NCBI GenBank assembly: GCA_049317985.1
Contig: JBMOHF010000005.1
Coordinates: forward strand, 1 to 61,357
Length of the DNA: 61,357 nucleotides
DNA from: Patescibacteria group bacterium
GTDB taxonomy: Bacteria; Patescibacteriota; Patescibacteriia; Patescibacteriales; UBA12465
Direction of reading: 5' to 3'
Shown here: positions 16,787 to 27,654 of the stretch, piece by piece
Numbering within the stretch: position 1 is the first letter of the stretch
Layout: each line of letters opens with the position of its first letter
The notes under the pieces: generated by a model
The model's input: the letters and a program-made list of their open reading frames with translations, nothing else
Told to the model about the DNA's origin: nothing
Databases searched by the model: none
Program-made: the position numbers and the translations under genes

Positions 16787-19700
16787 CTATTGCTTCACTG
16801 CCCCCATCCAACCAAAAGTTTGTTCGATATTGTTCATGATTAATTGGAAGACAGACTCCTGCTGTCTAGGTGTTAAAATGGTGTGAGTTTGAGAACGAAT
16901 AGTCTTGCCGTTTGAATCCGTACTTTCGACCTGGAACTGATAGACTTCGCCGGCCAGAAAATCAGTCATGACAATCAAATGGCGACGAGTATAATTTTTA
17001 TCAATCACGGTCTCGTTACTCCAGTTATTATTGTCACCAGCTGTGCCGTGGCGATAATATATTTTTGAAGTCGCTGGCCGAGTTGTGTCCCAGGAAATAA
17101 TTGATTGAACTTGAGGAGGGTTCCCGGCGGTGAGGGCGGAATCAGTTTTCACCTGTTCAATTAGTAGTGGTAGTTCTTGGTTGGTTGTTGAGAACGTATC
17201 AATTGACTGGCTAAGGGTGTTTCCTAAACTATCACGACCAAAAAGTTCAACGCGATAAAATATCCCTGGCTCAAAAGAATCAACCGACATTTCATGAATT
17301 GAGGTAGATTTTGGGTTATTCGTTAAACGAGCTTCATCTGGGGCAAGCGCATTATTTCGATAAGGAGTGGTGCGCACGGAACTATCTGTAGGAATCGACG
17401 TTACCCACTTGAAAGACGCAGTGCTAGCGGAAATTTTATCAGCTACGTAGTTATCAATTTTTGCAGACTTCAATAGGGTTTTAAATTTCGCCGGAGAAAC
17501 CGAGAAATTTGCACCGATTGCTGAAGTACCACGAACACTATAATTATAAGTAGTATCGGGGCTTAAACCAGATAAAATTACTTGATGGGTTTCGGATAAG
17601 ACGTCAGGATTTCCTACATTCTGAACTCGATTAACATCTGTTAGAGCAACTCCCGGCGCGGCAAAAGAAATTAACGAACTAGTCTTTTTATCAGTCGCCC
17701 AGGTAACAACTGCCATATCTTCCCAGGTTTTAACCTCTGGACCAGAGACCAATTTTGGTGCTGGCGTTAAAATAGATAGATCGCGTAAGTTTTTTTGTTG
17801 TTCAGCTAAACTAGATTCCAAAACGGAAAGTGAAACACTTTTTGCCGCCTGCTTAATAAAATTAATAGTGCGTTGCAAAATATCGGTGAATTTCAAATCC
17901 GCTGCTGGCTGATCAACTGGCGCCGTGCTACTAACAGGGGTATTATCAATCAAGCTGGAACTATCAAAAGTGGCCAAAGTTGTGAAAGTGCCAGTGGTCG
18001 GTACCGACAAATTTCCCGAGGTGTCTGAAGAAGTTATTTTATAGTAATACAGGGTATTTAGTAAAAGATTTGGCAGAATTTGAGCATGAGTCAAAGAGGT
18101 GGCTCTGCTGGCGGCAACGGAACCAAAAGATTCAGTTGAACCAAATTCAACCATACTGTCGGCCAATTCATCTGTATTCCAGGTGATTGTTGCTTGATCA
18201 GAATTAATACTATCAACTGCTGAGTTACTAATTGTCGGAGCAATTTTATCTGTCTTATCAATAATCAGTAAACCGCCTCCTCCTGAAGGAGCGGCACTGT
18301 TTTTTCCAGCCAACCGAGCAGCATCGGCCGCCGCTTGCGCAACACTATCAAGAACTAATGTTTCGGAAGTAGTAAAACTGAAACCTTCGCTACTGGACGA
18401 ATTACTATTACCATCAACAGAAGTGACTTTGTAGTAATATTTAGTTGATGGTGCTAAATTCCGGAGAATCACGGCGTGACTGTAATTAGATAAGGTGCTT
18501 AAGGAAGAACTACTATAAGTCGACGAGGCAACCCCATAATTAACCAAGGAATTTGCTGGTTCATTGGTATCCCAGATAATCGTTGCGGAAGTATCAAAAA
18601 TCTGATCTGTTTGAACTCCACTAATCGCTGGAGGAGTTGTGTCGGTTAGATCTTCAGTCAAAAAAGTTAAGTTACTGAGCACGGCGAGATTACCGTTGGC
18701 ATCTGCGCTCTTAAGACGGAAGTTGTAAAGAGTTCCTTTAGTCAAAGCAGTGAGATCAAAAGAATGATTGGTGTTTAAATTTACATTTGAGATTACTTGG
18801 CTATACGAATCATCAGAACTATATTCAATCGATGAAGAGGCGAGCTCATCGGTGGTCCAAGAAATACGAGCTGCCGTTTCTGTTTTACCAGAAACACCGG
18901 TCGATGGATCAAAGGTAATCAGTGGCGGCATAACATCGGATGCAGTGGTAAAGTTATAATATGCGACTTCTCCCTTTAAAATATTTTTGTCTTCTGCAAC
19001 ACCCGACTTAACATAGAAATAATAAGTAGTTCCAGGATTAAGACCAGTTAAATTAATTTGATGATTATTTATTAATTCATTCATTCCCACTTCAACTGGA
19101 TTGCTAAGAGTAGAGTCAGTTGAATAAAGAACATGAGAATCACTAATCTCTCCCGTAGTCCAAGTAATTGTGGCGCCCGTGTTTTGAGTACTAGCGATTT
19201 GAACATTAGAAATTGTTGGACCCGATAAAACCGTGAAAGAATTTCCTTCACCGCCGGTAGAAAGATTTGAGTTTGGATCGGCAGATGAAACCTGAATGTA
19301 ATATGTTGCACCAGGTGTGAGGTTATTCAAAAAGACCGAATGTTTTCCGAGACGACTAGCATTATCTAACATTGAAGAAACGCCAACATTTGGTGCGTCA
19401 GTAAAATCTCCTAAATCATTAGTGATATAGCTAACCGCCGAATTTGCCGGCTCGTCAGTTTCCCAGGTCACCATTGCTGATTGTGCGGTTATATCAGAAA
19501 TTTGAATGTTACTAATGACTGGTGGGGTAAGATCGCTACCTCCTTGACCATCTGGACGGTCATTAACAATATTTGAATAATTCGAAATATTACCAGACTC
19601 ATCTTCTGAGCTAACACGATAGTAATAAGTAGCGGAAGTATCTAGGCCACTGTCCAAGACAAAATTATTTGAACGGTCATTTTGAGTGGTTAGCAAAGAA

Positions 19701-22700
19701 TAATTTGTGCCATCAGTTGAGCGATAAATATTATATTGTTTAAAACCGGCCGGCGGATTGGCAATTTTTCCCCAAGCAACAAATTCACGCCAATCAGAAG
19801 TTTCGATACTCGAAACATCTTGAAAAATAATATTTAACGGTTTTGCCGGCAAAGATACTTGTGAGATTGCTCCACTATTTGAAATATTTCCAAGTTTATC
19901 TTTAAACTGATAATAAACAGAGGGGTTACCATTGGCAAAGACCCAGGTCTTGGTGGTGGCATAATCGATCCAGGTTCCAGAATCAGAATTAATCCCATCT
20001 GGTGATAAGTCATTATGATTAGATATTTTCATCTTCAGACCATCAAGAGTATTTTCAGTGACAGAGATTGAAATATTATTTGTGGCATCACTTCTCGCAT
20101 CAAGAATAAATGAATCAACCACCGGCCTAACGGTATCGATAGTAAAAGCAGCAGATTCTAAACTTGCTAAATTATTGGCAGTTTCGTTGTCATTAACTTT
20201 TACCCGAATTTTTGCATCCGTAATATAATGATTATTAAAATCAACAGTTGGGTCCCACGCTAAGGTATAAGTGGTCGAGGTCGCGTCACTGACATCTTTA
20301 TTTTCTGTCGCCCCAACACTCAAAGTTGCGCAAGGAAGCCAGGCATTGCCATTCCAATATTCAAAAGACGGAGTCACTTTTCCGGGCGTATTACTGCCAG
20401 TATGTGTGTCTGGGTCCATTACGTCATATGAAATATTTACTTTACCATCTTGGCCTTGAACGGCAGAGACATTAGATAATTCTGGTGGAGCATTAACAAC
20501 ATATTTTACGGATACACCAGAGACAGTTGGGGTAAATGAACCATCGGAAGTTAAAGTTAATTTGTATTGCCACCATTGGTCATCACCGCCAGAAGTTAGA
20601 GCACTAGGTAATGATGAAAGAGGACAATTCACAACGCCATTAACTTTTGTGCAATGCGAAGTAGCGTTAGTAAAATCGTACCAGGTTGATGAAGCTAATG
20701 ACCCTTGACTTGCCGCAGTTCGAATTGAAAGAATGACTCCGGTGCTAGTTGGCAGGTTCAGATCTTCAGTCATTCCTAGACCACCGATAATATTTCCGGC
20801 ATCAACGGTGTTATAGGCTGAGGACCGCAGAGTTTGACTCGCGGGATAAATATTATATCCAAGTGTTACGTCGCTAATAGAAGGTGATACCGAAGTATTG
20901 GATGTTGAAAGATTTATTTTATATTGAACATAGCGATGAGAACCCAATGAACTAATATTTCCGCCGTTTGTTAGACCAGAAAGCCACCCCGTCCAAGACC
21001 CGTCAGGATTGGCAGTGTCGCCAGCTCTAACGTCGACAGAAAAACCAGTGCTGGTTGGTAAAACTGCAGAAATATTAACAGTAGAAAACGACGGAATGGA
21101 AATTCCAAAATCAATAACTCCGGATGTGTAGGTTCCGGAAGAAAAATATGAATCAGTTCCCGCATTCATATTAGAAAAAGTAGCGTAAATTTTTACATTT
21201 ACTGGTGTTTTTCTGGTATCACCAGAACCGTCGCCGATATTATAAGAGCCATTATAACCCCAAGCTAGAACTGTTCCATCAGACTGAACAACGAAAAAAG
21301 TACGGGCAGCAAGTACTTTTATCACGTTGGTTAAAAAACCGACATCATTCACCCCATGCACTTGAGTGGGAAGATTTTTATTGACAAAAGTATTATCACC
21401 CAAAGCGCCTTGACTATTGTCACCCCAGGTATAGACCGTTCCATCTGATTTCAAAGCAGCCCGCAAATTATCGGTGAGCATGATAAAATTAGAGACACCA
21501 GTCAAAAAACCAACGTTACCAGGACCATGAACTTGAATCGGAGTCAATCTTTGTGTTGTTGTGTTATCACCCAATTCCCCACCACTATTTTGCCCCCAAG
21601 CACCAAGAGTGCCATCGGTTTTTAGAAAAAAAACATTATATCCGGAAATATAGCAAGAACTAACACCGGCCAAGAAACCAACATTATTAATACCCTTTAC
21701 CTGTTGCGGGGTACCTTTTACATTATAGGACGAACCGCCGTCCCCTAATCCACCCTGGGAATTATTTCCCCAAGCCCAGAGAGTACCGTCATTTTTTAAA
21801 GCTACCGCGAAAGGATTATAGCCAGCAAAAACAGCCGTGACGCCAGTCAAAAATCCGACGTCGTTTGGCCCATGCACCTGAACCGGCGTAGCTCTGTTCG
21901 TTAAGGTGTTATCACCAAGATTACTTGAGGTATTCTTTCCCCAAGCCCAGACAGTACCATCGGTTTTTAGGGCATAAACCCAAGCGTCACCCAAAGACAA
22001 AGAGGCTACCCCGGTTAGAAAACCAACGTCACCTGGACCATGGACTTGAACAGGCACTAAGGTTGTTGTGGTTGTATTATCGCCGAGACGGCTAGAGTCA
22101 TTAGAACCCCAAGCCCAGACCGTTCCATCGTTTTTCACGGCATAGGTTGCGTAATAACCAGCATAAATACTTGCAACATCGGTTAAAAAACCAACATTAC
22201 CGGGACCATGAACTTGAACGGGGTAACTTCTATCTGTTGTAGAATTATCACCCAAATTAGAAAGGCCTCTATTATAACCCCAAGCCCAGACCGTTCCATC
22301 GGATTTAATAGCAAAGACCGAGCCCTGACTATTAGCAATTACATCAGTTATTCCCGTTAAAAAACCAACATTACCCGGACCATGAACTTGAATTGCCATC
22401 CCTACGTGGCTAGTAGTTCCCCCATTTCCCAATAATCCATAATTGTTGAGACCCCAAGCCCAGACCGTTCCATCGGATTTCAAAGCAACCATTGTACCAT
22501 TCGGCGATACAATTTTGACAATTGCCGCCGTTCCTAAATTTAAATTTTCAGGGACAGAAGCTTGTGATTGAACTGGGGTGCTTTTTGAAGACGTTGTGGA
22601 ATCTCCTAATTGACCATAACTATTATTACCCCAAGCCAAGACCATGCCATCGGATTTCAAAACAACAGAAAAATTGCCACTAGACGAAATGGTAGAAACA

Positions 22701-24493
22701 CCAGTTAAAAAACCAACGTTACCTGTTCCATGTACTTGAATCGGAGTGTTTCTTGAGGTTTGCGTATTATCACCCAGACAACCATCACTGTTACCGCCCC
22801 AAGCCCAGACTGTGCCATCAGATTTCACAGCATAGGAAGATAGTTGACTTAATGAAGCCGAAGAAACACCAGTTAAAAAACCAACATTACCTGTTCCATG
22901 AACTTGGACGGGAACGGTTTTGTTGACGGTGGTATTATCTCCCAATTGACCATAATTATTAATACCCCAAGCCCAAACCGTGCCGTCATTTTTAACAGCG
23001 ATTGTGAAGGGATATTGCCAATTATTGGAGGCAGCTAAGCTTACAACCCCGGTTAGAAAACCGACATCACCTGGACCATGAACTTGAGTTGGGCTAGTTT
23101 TATTAACCATCGTGTTGTCCCCTAACTGACCAATATTGTTATATCCCCAAGCCCAGACCGTTCCATCGGATTTAAGAGCAAAAACACCGGAGGCAGCATT
23201 TGGGGAAACAGAAACGACGTCAGTCAAAAATCCAACATCACCACTACCATGAACTTGAACTGGGGTGAGCCTTTGGGTGGTTGTAGAATCACCTAATTGA
23301 TAGGTAGCATTGTATCCCCAAGCCCAGACCGTACCATCGGATTTAACAGCGTAAGCTGAACTCCCAGTAGAAGAAATTGACACAATATCAGTTAAAAACC
23401 CAACGTTACCAGGACCATGAACTTGGACGGGCGTTTTCTTTTGCACGGTTGTGTTGTCTCCTAAATAGCCACTATCATTAGCCCCCCAAGCCCAAACTGT
23501 GCCATCGGATTTAAGAGCAAGAGCATAACCGGAACCTCCCGCAATAGAAATTATATTTGTTAAATATCCAATATTATCAGGCCCATGAACTTGCTTTGCG
23601 AATGATATGTCTAACGAAGTCCCATCACCCAATTGACCATAGTAATTATAGCCCCAAGCCCAGACCGTTCCATCGGATTTAAGAGCAATTGTAGTAACTC
23701 CGCCAACAGAAATAACCATTGGTTTCGTAAAATTACTTTTCGTAACCTGGACGTTTGTGCTAGTCCCGATTCCCACAACCGCAGCGTTAGAAACGCTCGC
23801 CCCTGCCAGATTAAAACCAGTGGTGGACGTTCCATTGTTGGTTTGGGTGATAGAAGTTGATGCAAGACCCAATTGGAGAGCGGTGCCACTATTAACAACG
23901 GAGATATTTGCATCTTTAAACTCAAATTTATTCCAACTAGATTGTCCGCCTGGGTGCATTGCTGAGTCGGTACTAAGCCCACCGCCCCAATTAACTTGGG
24001 AAAAAGTATATGACGCTGCTTTTGCTGAATGATTACTGAAGATAGCGACAATAATCACTGCCACTAAAATAAAAGATGCTACTGCTTTGCGCCAAGGCCT
24101 GCCAGAGAAAAAACTACTCACTTCCCTCTTAAAATTTCTCGTTTTGTATCTCAAAAAACCAAAAAAACCTTCGAAAAATGTTAGATTGGAAAAAATATTT
24201 TTCTGATCAATTTTTTTATTTCTTCTCTGAAAAGCGAATGTTTTTTTGGATCGCTGAAAATTATCAAAATTTGGCAGTCTAAAATGAGATATATCTATTT
24301 TTGGCAAAGAGAAGGAAAATGCTTTCTTTTTACTCGCGTCTTCAATTTTATTAAGCACGAAAGTTTTCTTTTGTTTCTTAAAGACCACTATATTCTTTTT
24401 TTTCTTAGCGGCAGCAAAAGAGTCCTTAATCGTTTTAGAAGAACCGGCTCGGACAATTTTTGATTTTATAGATGGTAATCCTAGAAATTCCAT
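16787..24493 (-). CDS. giant surface protein with RCC1/BLIP-II-like propeller repeats and multiple FN3/purple-acid-phosphatase-N-like domains
   Basis: Basic N-terminus then a TM/signal segment, 15 KSDGTVWAWG repeats, and repeated ITWxTDE...YG...H.V.L.GL.P.TTYY modules. Confidence 0.88.
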   Translation of the reverse strand: MEFLGLPSIKSKIVRAGSSKTIKDSFAAAKKKKNIVVFKKQKKTFVLNKIEDASKKKAFSFSLPKIDISHFRLPNFDNFQRSKKTFAFQRRNKKIDQKNIFSNLTFFEGFFGFLRYKTRNFKREVSSFFSGRPWRKAVASFILVAVIIVAIFSNHSAKAASYTFSQVNWGGGLSTDSAMHPGGQSSWNKFEFKDANISVVNSGTALQLGLASTSITQTNNGTSTTGFNLAGASVSNAAVVGIGTSTNVQVTKSNFTKPMVISVGGVTTIALKSDGTVWAWGYNYYGQLGDGTSLDISFAKQVHGPDNIGYLTNIISIAGGSGYALALKSDGTVWAWGANDSGYLGDNTTVQKKTPVQVHGPGNVGFLTDIVSISSTGSSAYAVKSDGTVWAWGYNATYQLGDSTTTQRLTPVQVHGSGDVGFLTDVVSVSPNAASGVFALKSDGTVWAWGYNNIGQLGDNTMVNKTSPTQVHGPGDVGFLTGVVSLAASNNWQYPFTIAVKNDGTVWAWGINNYGQLGDNTTVNKTVPVQVHGTGNVGFLTGVSSASLSQLSSYAVKSDGTVWAWGGNSDGCLGDNTQTSRNTPIQVHGTGNVGFLTGVSTISSSGNFSVVLKSDGMVLAWGNNSYGQLGDSTTSSKSTPVQSQASVPENLNLGTAAIVKIVSPNGTMVALKSDGTVWAWGLNNYGLLGNGGTTSHVGMAIQVHGPGNVGFLTGITDVIANSQGSVFAIKSDGTVWAWGYNRGLSNLGDNSTTDRSYPVQVHGPGNVGFLTDVASIYAGYYATYAVKNDGTVWAWGSNDSSRLGDNTTTTTLVPVQVHGPGDVGFLTGVASLSLGDAWVYALKTDGTVWAWGKNTSSNLGDNTLTNRATPVQVHGPNDVGFLTGVTAVFAGYNPFAVALKNDGTLWAWGNNSQGGLGDGGSSYNVKGTPQQVKGINNVGFLAGVSSCYISGYNVFFLKTDGTLGAWGQNSGGELGDNTTTQRLTPIQVHGPGNVGFLTGVSNFIMLTDNLRAALKSDGTVYTWGDNSQGALGDNTFVNKNLPTQVHGVNDVGFLTNVIKVLAARTFFVVQSDGTVLAWGYNGSYNIGDGSGDTRKTPVNVKIYATFSNMNAGTDSYFSSGTYTSGVIDFGISIPSFSTVNISAVLPTSTGFSVDVRAGDTANPDGSWTGWLSGLTNGGNISSLGSHRYVQYKINLSTSNTSVSPSISDVTLGYNIYPASQTLRSSAYNTVDAGNIIGGLGMTEDLNLPTSTGVILSIRTAASQGSLASSTWYDFTNATSHCTKVNGVVNCPLSSLPSALTSGGDDQWWQYKLTLTSDGSFTPTVSGVSVKYVVNAPPELSNVSAVQGQDGKVNISYDVMDPDTHTGSNTPGKVTPSFEYWNGNAWLPCATLSVGATENKDVSDATSTTYTLAWDPTVDFNNHYITDAKIRVKVNDNETANNLASLESAAFTIDTVRPVVDSFILDARSDATNNISISVTENTLDGLKMKISNHNDLSPDGINSDSGTWIDYATTKTWVFANGNPSVYYQFKDKLGNISNSGAISQVSLPAKPLNIIFQDVSSIETSDWREFVAWGKIANPPAGFKQYNIYRSTDGTNYSLLTTQNDRSNNFVLDSGLDTSATYYYRVSSEDESGNISNYSNIVNDRPDGQGGSDLTPPVISNIQISDITAQSAMVTWETDEPANSAVSYITNDLGDFTDAPNVGVSSMLDNASRLGKHSVFLNNLTPGATYYIQVSSADPNSNLSTGGEGNSFTVLSGPTISNVQIASTQNTGATITWTTGEISDSHVLYSTDSTLSNPVEVGMNELINNHQINLTGLNPGTTYYFYVKSGVAEDKNILKGEVAYYNFTTASDVMPPLITFDPSTGVSGKTETAARISWTTDELASSSIEYSSDDSYSQVISNVNLNTNHSFDLTALTKGTLYNFRLKSADANGNLAVLSNLTFLTEDLTDTTPPAISGVQTDQIFDTSATIIWDTNEPANSLVNYGVASSTYSSSSLSTLSNYSHAVILRNLAPSTKYYYKVTSVDGNSNSSSSEGFSFTTSETLVLDSVAQAAADAARLAGKNSAAPSGGGGLLIIDKTDKIAPTISNSAVDSINSDQATITWNTDELADSMVEFGSTESFGSVAASRATSLTHAQILPNLLLNTLYYYKITSSDTSGNLSVPTTGTFTTLATFDSSSLIDNTPVSSTAPVDQPAADLKFTDILQRTINFIKQAAKSVSLSVLESSLAEQQKNLRDLSILTPAPKLVSGPEVKTWEDMAVVTWATDKKTSSLISFAAPGVALTDVNRVQNVGNPDVLSETHQVILSGLSPDTTYNYSVRGTSAIGANFSVSPAKFKTLLKSAKIDNYVADKISASTASFKWVTSIPTDSSVRTTPYRNNALAPDEARLTNNPKSTSIHEMSVDSFEPGIFYRVELFGRDSLGNTLSQSIDTFSTTNQELPLLIEQVKTDSALTAGNPPQVQSIISWDTTRPATSKIYYRHGTAGDNNNWSNETVIDKNYTRRHLIVMTDFLAGEVYQFQVESTDSNGKTIRSQTHTILTPRQQESVFQLIMNNIEQTFGWMGAVKQ
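21195..23700 (-). repeat. 15 tandem RCC1-like coding repeats (about 56 aa / 170 bp)
   Basis: Recurrent CCCCAAGCCCAGACCGTTCCATCGGATTT and GGACCATGAACTTG on the plus strand. Confidence 0.9.
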
Positions 24494-24502
24494 AGCAAAA
24501 AA

Positions 24503-25693
24503 TTATTTATAACGTAAAGCATCGAGCGGATTTAATTTTGCTGCTCGACGAGCTGGATAAAGTCCAGTCAAAAAACCAGTTAAAGTTGAAAAAACAATGA
24601 CAAATAAAATAAACCAATCCGGACTGTAGAATAAGTTCAAGGATTGTCCGCCAAAATTCTTAGCCATAATGTTAATTGAAATGTTGAAAATTTCACCAGT
24701 CAAATAGCCAATCAAGAGACCACCACAGCCACCCAAAAATCCCATTATTACTGATTCAAGAAGAAAAAGACTAGCAACGTCGCGGTTTGTGACGCCAATT
24801 GACCGCATAATACCAATCTCCTGTGTTCTTTCCAATAAAGTAATGGTCATTGTATTGAACATCCCAATCGCCGAAACAATCAAAGCAATTAAACCAAAAA
24901 CCCCCAAAACAATCTGAATAATTGAAAAGATTTTTTTGGTTTGATTGATTGTATCAGACAAAGAAGAAACCATAAAACCCTGGCGAATAATTTCCTCACG
25001 GGTTGGGTTAAGGTCTGCTTCAGTTTTCACTTTTACGCGTAAATCAGAATAAGGTGGCAATTCAACTTTTGTAACGGTATTGATTGGTGCATAAATAAAG
25101 TTGGTATTATCATCGGTCACCACCCCGACGACCTTATAAACGGAATCGAGGGCGGTAACCACCGTGACTTCCTTATCTTCACCAGGAATAAATAAATTTA
25201 ACTTAATATCTTGACCGATAATGTCTGCTGGCTTTGTGTAGCCGAAAATTTTTGCCGTCGCTGATGAAACAACGATTTCAGGGTCTTGGCTATTAGCAAA
25301 CTCGCGACCAACAGCAATTTTCACGCCACTGAGCCGGAAATATGGTTTATCAACCAGACTAACTAAACCATCGGAAATAGACGACGCGTGGACTAATTGC
25401 CCAGCCAAACTAACAGTTGGACTAGTTTCAGCAACTGATGGCATATCATTAATAAAATCTACTTTGGCTTTATCAAGAATTACTAAATTAGAACCAGCGC
25501 TAACATCCAATGTCAAAACCGAGTCGGTTGTCGTTATTTTTCCTAAAATAACATTTTGGAGACCATAACCAAGGGAAACTAAAAAGAAAACGGCGGCAAT
25601 ACCGATTCCCAAACCCAAAACCGTCAAAGCCGTCCGACTAGTGTTGGTCTTAAAAGATCGAGTAGATAAAACAATTAGGTCTTTAAATTTCAT
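24503..25693 (-). CDS. MacB/FtsX-family ABC permease
   Basis: RTALTVLGLGIGI, ERTQEIGIMRSIG and YPARRAAKLNPLDALRY. Confidence 0.92.
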   Translation of the reverse strand: MKFKDLIVLSTRSFKTNTSRTALTVLGLGIGIAAVFFLVSLGYGLQNVILGKITTTDSVLTLDVSAGSNLVILDKAKVDFINDMPSVAETSPTVSLAGQLVHASSISDGLVSLVDKPYFRLSGVKIAVGREFANSQDPEIVVSSATAKIFGYTKPADIIGQDIKLNLFIPGEDKEVTVVTALDSVYKVVGVVTDDNTNFIYAPINTVTKVELPPYSDLRVKVKTEADLNPTREEIIRQGFMVSSLSDTINQTKKIFSIIQIVLGVFGLIALIVSAIGMFNTMTITLLERTQEIGIMRSIGVTNRDVASLFLLESVIMGFLGGCGGLLIGYLTGEIFNISINIMAKNFGGQSLNLFYSPDWFILFVIVFSTLTGFLTGLYPARRAAKLNPLDALRYK

Positions 25694-25696
25694 AGA

Positions 25697-27124
25697 TTAA
25701 CGTTCTTTATGACCAATTAGCCAAAGCTCAAGACGCTTGGCAATCTTATTTGCCAAACTTCGTTTCAAACCTGCGCCCCCTTTTAATAAAGATGAGCTCA
25801 AAATACGAAGCAGTTCCTTACGATCAATGCGACCACGAAAGCGATCAGTAATCGCTCGGTCAATTATTGCTAAACTTTTATGCGCTTTTAGTTTTATACT
25901 TAATTCATCAAAAATTGCTCGACGTAAAACAACCTCTTCTCTTTCTTCCTCAGCAACTAAAAGATCCGTGGCAAAATCATCATCATCACTTGTCCGATGA
26001 GGTAAGTTTTCACCAATCATTAATTCTTTGGCTAGAGATTTTATTTTGTTAGTGATCTTTTTGGCTGTCCGACTATCCATTCCGAGTCCACCTTCATCTG
26101 GGCTAACATCAAGAAATTCAAAAACTCCAGAAAAATCATTATTTTGACTTAATGCAATTTCAATTTTTTCATGCAAGCGGTCAAAATCATCAACCACAAA
26201 ATCCGCTAAAGCAAGGGTCGCCAAATTCTTTGCCTGATAAGACATGAGGAGTGATGAAGGGGTTTGCGGTTTAAGGCGAGAATACTGCTCAGAAAGGAAC
26301 TTAAACTCCTTAGTGCAAGTACCCGCTTCAACGCATTCTTTGAGCACCATTTTACCGTCATCTTCTCCAAGAACGCGATTCACTTTAGTATCAACCAATC
26401 GGCCATCTTTAATAAAGAAGACGCGGTGAGCAATGTCCAAATACGTTGGGTCATGGGTAACCAAAACAACGGTCTTCTTAAAATTGACATTCAGATCTCT
26501 AAGCAATTGAACCACTTCATTTGCTGAATGAGAGTCAAGGTTACCTAAAGGTTCATCGGCTAAAATAATACTCGGGCTATTAATAACTGCCCGGCAAATT
26601 GCCACTCTTTGTTGTTGTCCACCAGATAGATTGTTTGGCAGTTTATTAGCTTGGGTCTTCACGCCAAAACGCTCGAGAAGTTCCATGGCTCTTTTCTGAC
26701 GCTCTCCCGGTTTCACTCCGGCGGCAATCAACGGCAAGGTCACGTTTTGCAAAACAGTAAGCGTCGGAATTAAATGGTAGGCCTGAAAGACCATGCCAAT
26801 AGTGTCTCGGAAATACAACTCTTTTTTGTGAGGACGCATTTCTGCTAAATTTTTTCCCTCAACAAATATATCGCCCTGGATTCCGGTTTCGAGTCCAGCG
26901 ATCGAATAAAGCAGAGTCGACTTTCCGCAACCAGAAGGACCGAAGAATATAATAAACTCTCCCTCAGAGATTGAGAGATTGATATTGTCTAATGATTTAA
27001 CCTCATTACTCTGCCCAGGAAAATAGGTCACACTCAGGTTAGAGGTGACAATTTGTTCATTGGTCTTAAGTGTCGTTTGAGGAGTTTTCTTTCCTTTTGT
27101 CGCTTCTTTTTTTTGCCAAAACAT
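25697..27124 (-). CDS. MacB/LolD-type ABC ATPase with about 220-aa C-terminal extension
   Basis: GPSGCGKST, LSGGQQQRV, ILADEP and VTHD motifs. Confidence 0.92.
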   Translation of the reverse strand: MFWQKKEATKGKKTPQTTLKTNEQIVTSNLSVTYFPGQSNEVKSLDNINLSISEGEFIIFFGPSGCGKSTLLYSIAGLETGIQGDIFVEGKNLAEMRPHKKELYFRDTIGMVFQAYHLIPTLTVLQNVTLPLIAAGVKPGERQKRAMELLERFGVKTQANKLPNNLSGGQQQRVAICRAVINSPSIILADEPLGNLDSHSANEVVQLLRDLNVNFKKTVVLVTHDPTYLDIAHRVFFIKDGRLVDTKVNRVLGEDDGKMVLKECVEAGTCTKEFKFLSEQYSRLKPQTPSSLLMSYQAKNLATLALADFVVDDFDRLHEKIEIALSQNNDFSGVFEFLDVSPDEGGLGMDSRTAKKITNKIKSLAKELMIGENLPHRTSDDDDFATDLLVAEEEREEVVLRRAIFDELSIKLKAHKSLAIIDRAITDRFRGRIDRKELLRILSSSLLKGGAGLKRSLANKIAKRLELWLIGHKER

Positions 27125-27298
27125 TAAAAAAATCTTAGGCTTTTAACATCGAAATTATAGCATAAACAGAAACGAACGCCAAGGATTTTTGTGATTAATT
27201 TTATATCATATCTTTAAATCAATATTGACAAAATAGCCATCAACACTTAAGATTATTTGAAACTCAAAAATTCATTAACAAATTTAATATTTTTAATC

Positions 27299-27589
27299 AT
27301 GGAAGAAGTAATTAATGGCACTAGCGTGTCTCTAATCAAAAGATGGATCAATCATATTCTCAATATTATTGACCAAAACAGTCCCCAAAAAGGACCTTGC
27401 TACACTGTGCCGAGTAAAATTGAATTGGAACCAGACGTTATTATGATGCTTTATAAAATTGGTCAAATATTTGACATGAAATTTTGCGACCTGAAAAATG
27501 ATGGAACTCTCAAATATGCTGGACCAGAAGAAAGTAGTTATCTAAAAAATAAATTGGAATTCATTCTGAAGGTTATTGATGTTAAATAG
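27299..27589 (+). CDS. hypothetical protein
   Basis: ATG at 27299 downstream of TTGACA(27225)-17-TAAGAT; terminator at about 27607-27640. Confidence 0.6.
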   Translation: MEEVINGTSVSLIKRWINHILNIIDQNSPQKGPCYTVPSKIELEPDVIMMLYKIGQIFDMKFCDLKNDGTLKYAGPEESSYLKNKLEFILKVIDVK

Positions 27590-27654
27590 TTTTAAAGAAA
27601 ATACACAAAAAAAGGACCCTTCAAGTAAAGAGTCCTTTTTCATATTCTGATATA

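Noticed and set aside
21195..23700. Regularly spaced about 30-bp direct repeats resembling a CRISPR array or DGR template/variable repeats
   Set aside because: They are in-frame codons of RCC1-like protein repeats with a period of about 170 bp. No cas or reverse transcriptase gene is present, and I saw no adenine-specific mismatch pattern.
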